A stretch of 64,000 nt of DNA. Origin: an uncultured Chroococcidiopsis sp. Its GTDB lineage: Bacteria; Cyanobacteriota; Cyanobacteriia; Cyanobacteriales; Chroococcidiopsidaceae. The translations under genes and the position numbers were made by a program. Location of the stretch: the NCBI GenBank assembly GCA_964248365.1, contig CAXTYC010000019.1:1-64000 (forward strand), in the 5' to 3' direction. This document shows positions 9,872 to 21,444 of this stretch, piece after piece. Within the stretch, counting starts at the first letter, position 1. Every line of letters starts with the position of its first letter. The notes below the pieces were generated by a model. The model saw only the letters and a program-made list of their open reading frames with translations, ran no database searches and had not been told where the DNA came from.

Positions 9872-11494
9872 CTAACCATAAGGACGAGGATAGGGCTTGA
9901 GTAGCGTTTTTGCTTGGTAAACTTGAATTACTTCTATGACAACTTTGCCTCGCTCAATGGGTACACTGCCTATATTTTCGATTGTTTTGAAATAGGTTTT
10001 GTATTGATCCATCAGCTTTTTTTCACTAGCAAAGTGATTATTCGTTATATATAAAGCGTCTTTTCCTAACCATTGATCGGCTTTTGACCAAAAGGCAAAT
10101 CCTCGGAGATCTTGATCAAAGGTAGTAATCGGTGTTTTGGATATGGGGGCTAAAGCCATGCCAATTTGTCCAGCGAGATAATAGCGATTAGTGAATATGA
10201 AACTAGAGTTTTGCAAAGCAGAATTTAAAATCGGTGAAGAGGCAAATCCTTGACGCAGTTGTTGTATATCAAATAGCTGCGTTGAGGGATCGTCCTGGGG
10301 AGATATAAAGCCCCCGAATAAAGCATAACTACTAGGCTTTTGTAGGATTCCTGCTGCCATATGTAGCAGGGCAAAGAGTATAAGGCTAATGAGCGCGATC
10401 GCAGTTCCTCGTAACCACCGTTGCACACGACGAGGATATAATTTTTGCCAGCTTGCTACCTGCTTTCCTAGCAACAAGGTTGCTCCCCAAAATCCTGGCA
10501 TTGACCATGTTGGTAAAATTTGATGGTATCCTCCTAACCAGGTAAACCCGATAATCAGCGGTAAAGAAACCCAGAAAATTAGTAATTGCTTTTGCCCTTT
10601 TTCATTCTCCTTCAGGGATTTTTTACCTGCTTGAATAAGTTGAGCAAAACCTGCTTTTAAACTTACCCACCAAAGCGGTAATCCTAATGTGGGAAAAAGA
10701 TATGCTATACTACTTAAAAAAGTTGTAAATAAATCTAGATAATTATATTCATCTGTGGGAACTCCTCGCTTAGATTGAAAACGCAAGGATACCCAATCAT
10801 GCTGCATATTCCAAATTATTATAGGTGAAATTGTGACTAAAAATAAACCGAATCCTAGTAAAGCCCAAGGTGAAATTAAAGCAGACCGATAGCGTGACGT
10901 GAGACAAAAACCTATAATTCCCACTGCTAAAATAAAGCCATGATATTTTCCTAAACAAGCTAAACCTACAAGTAATCCCAAAAGCGCTAAACGATAAGTA
11001 GGGTGATATTTTCTAGATGCTTTTGGGTTGTGAGTGTTGGGAAAAAACTCAATTGCAGCACAGTATAAACTAGCACTCCAGAAAAAAATTAACCCATTAT
11101 CGGGTAAAGTTAAGACACCAAAAGCGACTAGAAAAATCGGAATATAAGTAGCGATCGCTAAGGTAAAAGTAGCAGCAACAGTTGAAAACAACCTGGCCGC
11201 TGTTAAATACAGCAAAACTAAAGCGCCTGTATGTAAAATTAAAGCTCCTATCCGAATCGTAAATTGAGATACTTCATGAGTTAGCCAAGGACCAAAACCA
11301 GTAGTCAGAGCAACTAACAGCGGATGATCGAAATAGCTTAAAGCTGGATGCAAAGTGTAGAGATAGTAATAAGCTTCATCAAAACCAGGGTAAAGCCAAA
11401 CAGCAATGACAACCCTAAACAGCAGCCCTCCTACTAATAATAAAATAACCGACTTGCTATTTTTGTCGAACCACCATTTACGAACTGTTTGCAT
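9872..11494 (-). CDS. Glycosyltransferase family 39 (PMT_2/ArnT-like) membrane protein
   Basis: DEAYY, YFDHP and GKY motifs; multiple transmembrane segments. Confidence 0.88.
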   Translation of the reverse strand: MQTVRKWWFDKNSKSVILLLVGGLLFRVVIAVWLYPGFDEAYYYLYTLHPALSYFDHPLLVALTTGFGPWLTHEVSQFTIRIGALILHTGALVLLYLTAARLFSTVAATFTLAIATYIPIFLVAFGVLTLPDNGLIFFWSASLYCAAIEFFPNTHNPKASRKYHPTYRLALLGLLVGLACLGKYHGFILAVGIIGFCLTSRYRSALISPWALLGFGLFLVTISPIIIWNMQHDWVSLRFQSKRGVPTDEYNYLDLFTTFLSSIAYLFPTLGLPLWWVSLKAGFAQLIQAGKKSLKENEKGQKQLLIFWVSLPLIIGFTWLGGYHQILPTWSMPGFWGATLLLGKQVASWQKLYPRRVQRWLRGTAIALISLILFALLHMAAGILQKPSSYALFGGFISPQDDPSTQLFDIQQLRQGFASSPILNSALQNSSFIFTNRYYLAGQIGMALAPISKTPITTFDQDLRGFAFWSKADQWLGKDALYITNNHFASEKKLMDQYKTYFKTIENIGSVPIERGKVVIEVIQVYQAKTLLKPYPRPYG

Positions 11495-11655
11495 TTATCA
11501 AATTCCTGTAAAGCTAGGGGCTAGGGGCTAGGGGCTAGAGAAACCAGAAGAGAGCAGGGGGATCAGGGGTGGCGCAGGCAGCTTGCCGGAGGGAAGGTGG
11601 GGGAGAATTCTCAATCCAAAATCCACGCATCCAAAATCCGCTCATTCCCTAGCCC

Positions 11656-13548
11656 CTAGCCCCCAGTCCCCAGCCCCTTAGAAACTCGGACTAATTGATA
11701 AATTCCTGAAGATTTGATTTGTTGATATTCATTTGGCGTTAAACCTGTATTGGAGAGCATTTCACTTGGGGCGATAATCAGGAGAGATTTGGGACTAGAT
11801 TGACTAAATATTTGCTGGATATAGGGTAACGCTTCTGAAGCCTTTAATAGATAAGTAACGTGCTGTCGGGTATAAAAAACTAAACTAGGCTTGGCAAAAC
11901 CCCTAGAGAGCATGATTAGTTCTTCCCTGGGCTGTTGGACTTGCACAGCACAAGCAGCAAGTTGTCGCAGTGGTAGTTGTCTTTCAATATCAACTAGATG
12001 AGAAACAGGTAGCACTACAAAAATCAAAAAGGCGGCAAATCCAGCTAAGTTGACGAGCCATAGCCGCCCAGTTTGGCGTTGTAGCACCAAAATTATGAAT
12101 GCGATCGCACTCACAAGCCAAATCACCGCCCCCAATACTGGTAAACTAGACTGTTGCATCCTTATTCCCAAATTGGGCATAGAAGGATCGTGAGTTAACC
12201 AATGGGGACTGTAAAAGCAAGTCGCTGCTAGGGCTAAAAATAAGACAATATTGCAAAATAAGGTAATATACAAACCCCACCCCAGTCGTCTATGATGGGT
12301 TTGGGCAATTTGTTCACTCCACCAAATAGCAACTAAAATACTTGCCGCAGGCATCAGAGGTAAGACATAGCTAAAGTATTTGGTAGCAGCGATGGTAAAA
12401 AACCCTAATACTACCACAAACCAAAAAAAAGCCAACAGTCCTAGATGTAACGAACGGGGCTGATTTTGCCAATGTCGTCGCCGCAAAATTTGCACATTTG
12501 CGATCGCCACAGGTAGATAAATCGACCAAGGGGCAAAACCCAATAAAACAATTAAAAAGTGAAAATACCAAGGTCCTTTATGCTGATTGACAACAGTGGT
12601 AAATCGCTCAAGATTGTGATAGCCAAAAAAAGAATTAATATAAGCTTCGCCATTAGCTAACGTCACCAAAATATACCAAGGCAAAGTTAAAGCTAAAACT
12701 AGCATTACGCCACGAAATAACTGCATTTCTCGCATTACTTCCCTAGCTTTACCCAGGTATAGCAGGAAAGCACCAATAATCAACCCAGGTAGGACAACTC
12801 CCACAGGTCCTTTTGTTAACACTGCTAAAGCGATTAAGATGTAAAAAGCCAAATACCAGCGATTTTGGACTGACGAGGGTTGTGGTTGAGCATAACCGAG
12901 GAAAAAAGCCAGCAGCGCCCCGCCAAAACAAGCACTCAGCAACATATCTGAGTATCCCAAGCGCCCAAAGAAAAAAGTAAGTGGATGTAGAGCAACCATT
13001 GTTGCCCCTAAAATTGCACTTAGCCAAAACTGACTTTTTAGAGGCACTGATTCTTGACGAGGCACAAAACTTGTGATGTTTTCTCTTATCGCCTTTGCGC
13101 CTTTGGGTCTTTGCGCGACATTATCCTCCTTACTTTGTGCAACACCTGATTCTTTACTTGCAGCAGTAATACCAAAACGCTTGAGGGCATAAAAGCAAAA
13201 ACCAATCAGGAATAACCCAGATAGGGCAGAAGGTAGTCGCGCCGCCCATTCATTTACGCCAAAAATTTGAAAAGCGATCGCTTGGCTCCAGTAAATTAGA
13301 GGTGGTTTATCAAAACGAGTCACGCCGTTGAAATACGGCGTGATCCAATCGCCTGTCACCGTCATTTGCCGAGAAGCTTCCACAAATAGCGGTTCTGTTT
13401 CATCCAGCAGCCCATTCTTGCCCAAATTCCAGAAGAAAGCCAGCCAGCCGAGCAAAAGTAACCATAGAATCGCCAGAATCGAAGCCATAGTTGAATTATG
13501 GTTGTTTTTCCACCAATGATCAAAGGTACGAGCCAAACTCAGTTTCAT
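11656..13548 (-). CDS. ArnT-like glycosyltransferase family 39 protein
   Basis: DETEPLF..M..TGDWITPYFNG..RFDKPPL.YW and LTKGPVG; polytopic. Confidence 0.9.
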   Translation of the reverse strand: MKLSLARTFDHWWKNNHNSTMASILAILWLLLLGWLAFFWNLGKNGLLDETEPLFVEASRQMTVTGDWITPYFNGVTRFDKPPLIYWSQAIAFQIFGVNEWAARLPSALSGLFLIGFCFYALKRFGITAASKESGVAQSKEDNVAQRPKGAKAIRENITSFVPRQESVPLKSQFWLSAILGATMVALHPLTFFFGRLGYSDMLLSACFGGALLAFFLGYAQPQPSSVQNRWYLAFYILIALAVLTKGPVGVVLPGLIIGAFLLYLGKAREVMREMQLFRGVMLVLALTLPWYILVTLANGEAYINSFFGYHNLERFTTVVNQHKGPWYFHFLIVLLGFAPWSIYLPVAIANVQILRRRHWQNQPRSLHLGLLAFFWFVVVLGFFTIAATKYFSYVLPLMPAASILVAIWWSEQIAQTHHRRLGWGLYITLFCNIVLFLALAATCFYSPHWLTHDPSMPNLGIRMQQSSLPVLGAVIWLVSAIAFIILVLQRQTGRLWLVNLAGFAAFLIFVVLPVSHLVDIERQLPLRQLAACAVQVQQPREELIMLSRGFAKPSLVFYTRQHVTYLLKASEALPYIQQIFSQSSPKSLLIIAPSEMLSNTGLTPNEYQQIKSSGIYQLVRVSKGLGTGG

Positions 13549-13754
13549 TAGCTAGTCAAAGAATGAAGAATGAAGTATAAAGGATAAAGGATGAAAAATA
13601 AATTTCACACTTCATACTTAGTGGATAGTGGCTAGTGGAATCAGTGGTTAGAGAAGTATAAAGTGTCAAGTGTGAAATTTTACCTTCATCATAATAATCG
13701 CCTTCAGCCTTTTGCCTTCTTCTAGTCACTAGCCACCAGCCACTAGTCACTAGC

Positions 13755-14375
13755 TTACGGTTGCAAAATCAGCTGCCATTCAGATGTTTTGCGATTCAAA
13801 ACTGGTGTATCTGTCTCACCCACAACATAAGGTCCCCAATAGCGACGCGAGCCGTCTTGGGCAAAAGCAACTAAAATATCTCCCTTTTTCAGTTTTAGAT
13901 TACCTTCAGGCAGAGAAAGAACCAATCCCTGACTACTGCCTTCCCCAGGCGCAAAATCCCAATGGACTGGTTCACCATACTTAGGCGAGCTAGTCCCAGT
14001 CGGCGCAGGCTGCCTTGCCAACAATGCCAGCCGCAAAGGATAATCAGTTTGATTGCTGACGCGCAAAGCTCCCGCAATAGCTGCTACCCCAGTTGGTGAC
14101 ACAGGACTAGACTCGGCTGGAGGAGGCTGTTTATCTGACTTTAGAGGTTGTTCTACTGAGCTTGGCACAGAAGAGGAAGCTAGAGTATCATCAGATAGAG
14201 ATTGCCTGTGTTGATCTGCTTTCTCTGGTAGCAGTGCAGTGTTTGATCCCATTGGTTCTATCGTGATGCCCAAATGTAGCCATAGCAGCAACAAAAACCC
14301 TGCCACTCCCAACACACAACCAAAAATTACAGCGGTGTAAAAAACTGAAGATCTCGCATTCATATTTTTTATCAA
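13755..14375 (-). CDS. Conserved hypothetical protein with N-terminal membrane anchor
   Basis: TM helix, low-complexity linker, and C-terminal domain HWDFAPGEG...FAQDGSRRYWGPY. Confidence 0.7.
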   Translation of the reverse strand: MIKNMNARSSVFYTAVIFGCVLGVAGFLLLLWLHLGITIEPMGSNTALLPEKADQHRQSLSDDTLASSSVPSSVEQPLKSDKQPPPAESSPVSPTGVAAIAGALRVSNQTDYPLRLALLARQPAPTGTSSPKYGEPVHWDFAPGEGSSQGLVLSLPEGNLKLKKGDILVAFAQDGSRRYWGPYVVGETDTPVLNRKTSEWQLILQP

Positions 14376-14431
14376 TAAGGCTTATTCTTTAGTTTGACTA
14401 GTAGGGTGTCATACATCTTGCACAAAACATA

Positions 14432-14548
14432 CATCTTGCACCAGTACAACCCTTGGCTCCGCCTCTACCTGGCTCGTTTCCAGACTGGTCTGGGAACGAG
14501 CGGGGGAACGCTCTGCCTACCTTAGTGGCAACAATCAGGTGCAAGATC
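14432..14548. mobile_element. MITE-like element, terminal inverted repeats CATCTTGCACC / GGTGCAAGATC
   Basis: Terminal inverted repeats with an internal palindrome; related ends at 39026-39142 and 62447-62609. Confidence 0.6.
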
Positions 14549-15154
14549 AGCAGGTGTAGCATTAGATAACCCATAAAAGCCTGCCCTATTTTCTCAGTCT
14601 TATCTCCCCAAAAATAAGCACAGGTTTAATATCCAACAGATTATCCATGATGCCATTGCTATAGTGTTACTAAATCCACCACTGCCTTTGCTTTTGAATG
14701 ATTTTGTAGCGCTCTGGGAGCTTTATTTTCATGCGATTCACCTACAATTGGGTAGGCGAGACATCGATTATTTTGACAAGCAAGCTTGCTCTATGTAATG
14801 TATATTTTGACACAGAATGAAAGCGTTGCTCAACTAAGGGAATCTGTCAGACTTCAACTTTAAATTTTCCCTAGTATGGATGACGAACTACCCGCAGATG
14901 ACTATTACCATAATAGATATAGATAGTCGTGATGTTACTACGGCTTAATACTATTTTGTTTTAAAACTGCAACAGTTAAAAGTCCCAAATCCTCTGGTGG
15001 TAGTAGTTTAATCATCCAAAATCCGTCTGGGAAAGTTTGGCGCGATAGCTACCGACACCCAGATCGCCAGTTCGTTCAACGCGCACCCCGCGCTTGCTCC
15101 AAAGCTCAACTTTCCGCAAAATCTATGGTTCCCAAAATGGTATAAGGACGAATC

Positions 15155-16645
15155 ATGACACAACAAAATCGCGCTCAATGGGATGCTGGTAGATTTTTCC
15201 AAACACTTAACTATTTTGAGGTGATCCCTGTCGTAAGCTGGTTACAACGGTTGCTCCAAGGTCGTGCTAACGATAATGAAAATATACCTGATGGAGACAA
15301 GAAAGTGGGAGTGGTATTGGTAGCAGGGGCGACAGGTGGTGTCGGTAGGCGAGTAGTGCAAAAACTCGTGGAACGTGGTTATCGAGTGCGATCGCTCGTG
15401 CGTGACATCGACAAAGCACAACAAATGTTTGACAAAAATGTAGAATTGTGCAAGGGTGATATTACCCTGCCAGAGACTTTGACTGATGAAATGATGGCAA
15501 ATATCCAATCTGTCGTATGTTGTACGGCGGTACGGGTGCAGCCAGTCGAGGGCGATACCCCAGAACGGGCAAAATACTATCAAGGAATTAAATTCTACCA
15601 ACCTGAAATTGTCGGAGATACCCCAGAAAGGGTGGAATACCAAGGTGTGAAAAATTTAGTCGATGCTGCTGCTAGACATTTGAAGAAAGCACCAGCTAGC
15701 GAAAGAATAATATTTGACTTTACCAACCCATCAGCAAACTTGAAATCTTCTTGGGGTGCGGTGGATGATGTGGTTATGGGTGGAGTGAGTGAGAGTAATA
15801 TCCAATTTGTCGAAGATACAGCTTTATTTGCAGGGAATGTATCAACTGCAAACTCTGGCGGTTTTGCTTCTGTCAGAACCAAAAATTTCGCTCCACCATT
15901 CAATTTATCCGGTTATGAAGGTGTAGAATTGCGCGTCAGAGGAGACGGTAAGCGTTATAAATTCCTCCTGCGTACAGAAACGCAATGGGATGGCGTTGCT
16001 TACAGCTATTCTTTCGACACAGTAGCTAACACTTGGATAGATGTTCGTATTCCATTTACCCAATTAGTTCCAGTATTTCGAGCCAAAAGTTTAAAGGAGT
16101 CGCCAACAATTGATGCAAGCAAAATTTGCTCGTTTCAACTAATGTTGAGCAAATTTGAATATGATGGGGCATTAAATCCTAAATTTACCCCTGGTGGCTT
16201 TGCTTTGCAAATCGAATCAATCAAGGCGTATGGCGGGAAAGCACTACCTCAATTTGTACTTGTTAGTTCAGCAGGGGTGACTCGTCCTGGTCGGACTGAT
16301 ATAAATTTAGAAGAAGAACCACCAGCAGTGCGATTGAACGATCAATTGGGGGGAATTCTCACCTGGAAGTTGCGGGGAGAGGAAAGTGTTAGGAAAGGTG
16401 GAATTCCTTACACTATTATTAGACCGTGTGCGTTGACCGAAGAACCAGGAGTTAAAGAGTTAATTTTTGACCAAGGCGACAATATCAAGGGTAAAGTTAG
16501 TCGGGATTCTATTGCACAACTTTGCCTAATGGTGCTTGAACAACCCAAAGCGTGTAATGTAACTTTTGAGGTAAAAGAAAAAGAAGGTAGCGATCAATCT
16601 AACGACTGGCAGAGTTTATTTGATTCCCTGCAACCCGATGATTGA
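15155..16645 (+). CDS. CIA30-domain NAD(P)-binding protein
   Basis: Rossmann VAGATGGVG, and CIA30 motifs WGAVDDVVMGGVS and NSGGFASVR. Confidence 0.92.
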   Translation: MTQQNRAQWDAGRFFQTLNYFEVIPVVSWLQRLLQGRANDNENIPDGDKKVGVVLVAGATGGVGRRVVQKLVERGYRVRSLVRDIDKAQQMFDKNVELCKGDITLPETLTDEMMANIQSVVCCTAVRVQPVEGDTPERAKYYQGIKFYQPEIVGDTPERVEYQGVKNLVDAAARHLKKAPASERIIFDFTNPSANLKSSWGAVDDVVMGGVSESNIQFVEDTALFAGNVSTANSGGFASVRTKNFAPPFNLSGYEGVELRVRGDGKRYKFLLRTETQWDGVAYSYSFDTVANTWIDVRIPFTQLVPVFRAKSLKESPTIDASKICSFQLMLSKFEYDGALNPKFTPGGFALQIESIKAYGGKALPQFVLVSSAGVTRPGRTDINLEEEPPAVRLNDQLGGILTWKLRGEESVRKGGIPYTIIRPCALTEEPGVKELIFDQGDNIKGKVSRDSIAQLCLMVLEQPKACNVTFEVKEKEGSDQSNDWQSLFDSLQPDD

Positions 16646-16669
16646 AGTATTGCTTACACGCCTTCAGCC

Positions 16670-17050
16670 ATGCGAAAAAACCTATTTAACAAAACAGCAA
16701 TGCTTGCTATCGCTATGCTGTTGGTAATTCTTGCCTTGATTAGCTTAACTCCTGAAATTGCTTCATCCCAGCAAGATGAATCACGTATTTATAACTTGGA
16801 ATTCGATCTGAGAAACATTGAATCACGACTCAACGCTATCGAGTCTCAGTTAAGCCAACGTGGTATTGTGTCTCCCAAAACGCCTGCTACCTCAAATTTG
16901 AATAATAGAGGACGAAATCGCCAATTGGCGCGCTCGCAAACGTTCGAGAACCTAGCTAACCTGGTGATTGAAACAAGACAAGACGTTAAGCAATTACAAA
17001 CGCGTGTGTCTAAGCTAGAGTCACAACTAGCACCACGTAACACCCGTTGA
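16670..17050 (+). CDS. Hypothetical exported coiled-coil protein
   Basis: Signal-peptide-like N-terminus; FENLANLVIE coiled coil. Confidence 0.7.
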   Translation: MRKNLFNKTAMLAIAMLLVILALISLTPEIASSQQDESRIYNLEFDLRNIESRLNAIESQLSQRGIVSPKTPATSNLNNRGRNRQLARSQTFENLANLVIETRQDVKQLQTRVSKLESQLAPRNTR

Positions 17051-17064
17051 TTAAATATTTCTAA

Positions 17065-17901
17065 ATGGATGCAATTGAGCCACGTCAGAGTCTTGTAAGG
17101 TGGGCGAAGCTGTGGTATTACACCACAGCGGAGGGAATGCCCACCCTACGATCAATATTACGTACAGCATTTAGTATTTGCCTAATTTTATCCTGCCTAA
17201 TGCTAAATGCTTGTGGAGCGTTGTCAGCAAGGGAAGTTGTAAATACTAACAATACTAACGATATTTACCAGTATCGCTCGAATCACAGCCCAGATGGAAT
17301 CGGCAAGTTCTATATGGGTCGAGAAATTGCCCAAGTGATGGGACATACAGCAGCCATGTGGCTAGAACGCCCCAGCCGTGAAGGGGAAGAACAGCCTACT
17401 AAACTGGTAAATGCTCTCGATCTCAAACCTACTAATGTTGTAGCAGATATTGGAGCCGGAACGGGATACTTTAGCTTTCGGATCGCTCAAAAAGTCCCTC
17501 AAGGAAAAGTGCTGGCTGTGGATATTCAGCCAGAAATGCTGGAGATGATTGAATTTCTGAAGAAGGAAAATAACATCAATAATGTAGAGCCAATTTTAGG
17601 AACTATCACTAATCCTAACTTGCCTGAAAACAGTGTTGATTTAGTACTAATGGTAGATGCTTATCATGAATTTTCTTATCCTTATGAAATGATGCAAGGC
17701 ATTGTCAAGGGGCTAAAGAAAGGTGGACGGGTAGTACTGGTTGAATACCGGAAGGAAAATCCCTTTATTATGATTAAACCACTGCACAAGATGAGTGTGC
17801 AGCAAGCACGTAAAGAAATGCAAGCGGTAGGTTTGCAGTGGCTAGAAACAAAGGATTTTTTACCGACACAGCACGTAATGGTATTTGAGAAGAGAAGTTA
17901 G
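17065..17901 (+). CDS. Class I SAM-dependent methyltransferase (start may be downstream, e.g. ATG ~17137)
   Basis: VADIGAGTGYFS, YMGREIAQVMGH and DAYHEF. Confidence 0.88.
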   Translation: MDAIEPRQSLVRWAKLWYYTTAEGMPTLRSILRTAFSICLILSCLMLNACGALSAREVVNTNNTNDIYQYRSNHSPDGIGKFYMGREIAQVMGHTAAMWLERPSREGEEQPTKLVNALDLKPTNVVADIGAGTGYFSFRIAQKVPQGKVLAVDIQPEMLEMIEFLKKENNINNVEPILGTITNPNLPENSVDLVLMVDAYHEFSYPYEMMQGIVKGLKKGGRVVLVEYRKENPFIMIKPLHKMSVQQARKEMQAVGLQWLETKDFLPTQHVMVFEKRS

Positions 17902-18603
17902 TTGTAAATGCGCGATCGCAAGGTATGATACAAGCGATCGCCATCAGCTACGTTTACTGTCAAAATGTCTTAAGGAAACTTCTTGCATCAATCCAATTTA
18001 ATTGGTTGAACTATCAAGGCTGAACTTTCTAATGCATAAATAGCTTGGTTATTTGTGAGGGCGATCGCATTTCAAAAGCTTTGGCTAACAAAACGTTTAC
18101 GAACATTTGTTCTGCTGTTCGTTAATCTAACTAGGATCACTTTCACCGTTCATTGTTGAAGATTTTACTACCACAGTAGCTCAATTTGAGCTTGATGAAG
18201 GGGCGATCGCATCTACTCCTTTACAAGCCCCCTCGTAATGAATTGTTCTTACTGTTATTCAACTGTGACGTGTTATTAATTCCTTTCTCTGTTTGTTAAC
18301 TACAAAAATCTAGCTAATAATCTTTAGGGTTCAGGGCTTGGAATAATGCCAAAAATTTACAAATATTTAAACTAAGCTGATAGGCTTTACTTCAAGCACT
18401 GATTCTCAAACTAACAAGACAGATTTAGTAGTTGTGTAAGTATTTAAGATCGCACAAATGTTTAATTATTGTGTTGCAACAAATAAAGTAGATGAAGTGA
18501 ACCTCTGCTAGTGATAACTGACAACTGGTAATTGGTAGTTGGTAGTTGGTAGTTGGGAGTTGGTAACTGGTAACTGATAACTGATAACTGATAATTGGTT
18601 CCT

Positions 18604-19521
18604 TTACACAATTTCTGCGAGTGCTTGCTTGAGTGTAGAATATTGATAGTTAAAGCCAGAGGCAAGAGTGCGCTTGGGTAAAACTTGTTGACCTTCAAGC
18701 ACTACCATCGCGCCTTCTCCCAAAAGAGTTTCTAAGGCAAAGCTAGGTACTGGCAACCATGAGGGGCGCTGCAAGACTTGCCCTATTGTTTGAGCTAATT
18801 CTGTCATGCGGACTGGGTTGGGGGCTGTGGCGTTGTAAACTCCCGACATATCGGGTCTAGTTAGAGCGAGTATAATCAAGTTAACTACGTCGTCGCGGTG
18901 TATCCACGAGAACCACTGACGACCGCTGCCGATGGGACCTCCTGCGAAGAGTTTGAAGGGAGTGAGCATTTTAGCGATCGCCCCACCATTACCCAAAACA
19001 ATCCCTAGTCGCAGAATTACAAGTCTTACACCTGCTTGTTTCACCTTTTGCGCCTCGGCTTCCCAAGCGAGGCAAACCTCGCTCAAAAAATCGTTACCAG
19101 ACTCACTAGATTCATCAAAACTGGCAGTTTCACTAGTACCGTAGTAGCCAATAGCACTAGCGTTGACTAAAACACTCGGTTTGGGGTTAGCTTGCGCGAT
19201 CGCTTCTACAATTTTTTGCGTTACTAGAATGCGACTGTTGAGAATTTCCTGCTTTTGCTCAGGTGTCCAGCGTTTTTCTGCAATTGGTTCTCCGGCTAAG
19301 TTGACTACACCATCACAATGGGCAAGCGCATCAGTCCAAGCACCGGAAAGAGTTGGTGTAATGCCAACGATTTCTAAATTAGGAAAAGCTGATTTGGGAA
19401 AAATCTTCTCACCAGCTGAGGGATTACGAGTTAAAACTAATACCTGATGACCTTCAGCAGATAGTCGTTCTACCAAGCGACTACCCACAAATCCAGTTGC
19501 TCCAGTAATTGCTACTTTCAT
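18604..19521 (-). CDS. thyD: TIGR01777-family NAD-dependent epimerase/oxidoreductase (ThyD-like)
   Basis: ITGATGFVG, VNLAGEPI, SAIGYYG and SWIHRDD. Confidence 0.85.
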   Translation of the reverse strand: MKVAITGATGFVGSRLVERLSAEGHQVLVLTRNPSAGEKIFPKSAFPNLEIVGITPTLSGAWTDALAHCDGVVNLAGEPIAEKRWTPEQKQEILNSRILVTQKIVEAIAQANPKPSVLVNASAIGYYGTSETASFDESSESGNDFLSEVCLAWEAEAQKVKQAGVRLVILRLGIVLGNGGAIAKMLTPFKLFAGGPIGSGRQWFSWIHRDDVVNLIILALTRPDMSGVYNATAPNPVRMTELAQTIGQVLQRPSWLPVPSFALETLLGEGAMVVLEGQQVLPKRTLASGFNYQYSTLKQALAEIV

Positions 19522-19637
19522 TTGCTCACGAAATTAGGTCGGGGGTTTTGCAGTAGGGGCGGGTTTTTGGATATTATCGCATCTTCCATAGGTATGTATG
19601 GTAAACCCGTACAGACAGCACAACGATTCATAAATCG

Positions 19638-20365
19638 CTAGTGCGAACCCAAAACATCTTGTAGCACAGCTACCAAATGAGCGCGACAAGAAACGTCAAG
19701 CTTGCGGAATATCCGTTTGAGGGCTTGCTTGACAGAATTTTCTGTAATCCATAGCAATGCCCCTATTTCTGCATTAGTTAGTCCCTGTGCTACTAAATGG
19801 GCAATTTGTAACTCGCGTGGTGTCAAGCGACTTGCTCTAGAGACGCGATCGCCAATGTCTCTACTTTTTGGTTGCGCCCGTAGGGTTGCTAGTTTTGCTG
19901 AAAAATGAGTGCAGACAGCACCTAGATCGGCAATATCGTCGACATTAAAACTAGGAGTTCCACTCACGCGCGCAAAGTTAATCGTGCCGATGAGACGACC
20001 ATCCCCTACAATTGGTCCGGTCATGACATGGGCATGATCGTATTGAGAACAGCAACGTTGGTAGAGTTCGCACTGCTGCCAACCTCCAGGTGGTAAGACT
20101 AATTCCTCATGAACTGGAGCTGACGCTTTAACACATATTGTCTCAATGGATCGACTTGCCGACCTACTTCTATGTAGCGTTCTACAAAAGCATCGGGCAA
20201 GCCGTAAACATCAGACTCAGCTATACGGGAGTACTTATCGAGTAAATGAATGCCCCAACGTTGAACGCCAAAATGTTCTCCAACTGTATCCATAACAGCT
20301 AGACGCAATTCGCGCTCATCACGAGCATCCGCGATCGCCCCAAACAAATATTGCAATTTAGCCAT
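19638..20365 (-). pseudogene. GAF + LuxR-HTH transcriptional regulator with a single frameshift near 20122
   Basis: ATG at 20365 gives MAKLQYLF...YVLKR. A second frame continues APVHEELVLPPGGWQQCELYQRCC into ORF 19638..20024 (LTPRELQIAHLVAQGLTNAEIG HTH). Confidence 0.8.
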
Positions 20366-20453
20366 CTTCTTGGGAAAGAGTACCCGTTCGAGGACTAGGC
20401 ACGATTTAATTTCAAATTTACCATGTGCCTTACACATACAAAATAAGAACAGG

Positions 20454-21101
20454 ATGCATAGTATGCCAGCATTCAACCATCCCGAAATTTCTATTCCAGA
20501 TAGCGAACTATGTAAAAAAGCTACACAATTAGTTGCAGAAGTATCGGACATATCTCTATACAACCACTGCATCCGCACCTACTTATTTGGAGAAATTCTA
20601 GGGGAACGAGATGGACTTAAATATGACCGTGAGTTACTGTATTTAGGTGCGGTGATGCACGATCTTGGTTTCACAGAACGATTTGATGGCAACGCGCGGT
20701 TTGAGGTAGACGGTGCTGATGCTGCTTGGGCATTTCTGATGGAACACGGATTACCCCAAGAAAAGGCTGAGATTGTTTGGGATGCGATCGCCTTACATAC
20801 TTCGATAGGTATTGCATCACGCAAACAACCAGAAATTGCCTTAGTTCATTTGGGTGCAGGGATGGATGTATTTGGGCTTCGTGCAAAAGATATTGCCCCC
20901 CAAACCCTAGAGAGGGTAATCGAAGCATATCCCCGCAAGGGTTGGAATAAAGCTTGTCTTGAATTATTGATATCACAAGTTAAACGCAAACCCCAAGCAG
21001 CAGCATTCACATGGATGGCTGAAGTTGGTAGAACTCACGTTCACGGTTTTGCTTGTCCCACTTTTGACGATGCGATTCGCAATAGTCCTTTTGATGAGTA
21101 A
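20454..21101 (+). CDS. HD-domain metal-dependent hydrolase (cyanamide hydratase-like family)
   Basis: YNHCIRTY, MHDLG, FEVDGADAA and WDAIALHT. ATG at 20454 or 20463 is more plausible than TTG at 20370. Confidence 0.85.
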   Translation: MHSMPAFNHPEISIPDSELCKKATQLVAEVSDISLYNHCIRTYLFGEILGERDGLKYDRELLYLGAVMHDLGFTERFDGNARFEVDGADAAWAFLMEHGLPQEKAEIVWDAIALHTSIGIASRKQPEIALVHLGAGMDVFGLRAKDIAPQTLERVIEAYPRKGWNKACLELLISQVKRKPQAAAFTWMAEVGRTHVHGFACPTFDDAIRNSPFDE

Positions 21102-21444
21102 TACACAGTCCTTAATTATTTTTTAGTCTAAGTGCGTCAAGGCGAGCGCGATCGCGTGTTTGTTCTAAAGCAGCTACAATGCTATGAACGTGAGGGAGGC
21201 AAGAGAAATCCAACACCAGGGATAGCCAGGTTAATGATTGCCAAGGATGGTTTCATGCCTTGGCTTTTTGTGTTGGTTCCATCGCTTTCAAACCCTGTAC
21301 AGTGAAATGATTAAGCAGCTCGTCTTATAGATCTATGACAAGTCAATTTACTTATAGTAAATTGTTGTAAAACTTTTTACCCTACTCCCTACTCCAAAAC
21401 GAACTACTCCCTCCTATAATTATGCACGTAGTCAAATCGTAATA

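Noticed and set aside
17902..18460. HIP1-rich intergenic stretch as a pseudogene or ncRNA
   Set aside because: No recognisable reading frame or RNA family could be supported by eye.
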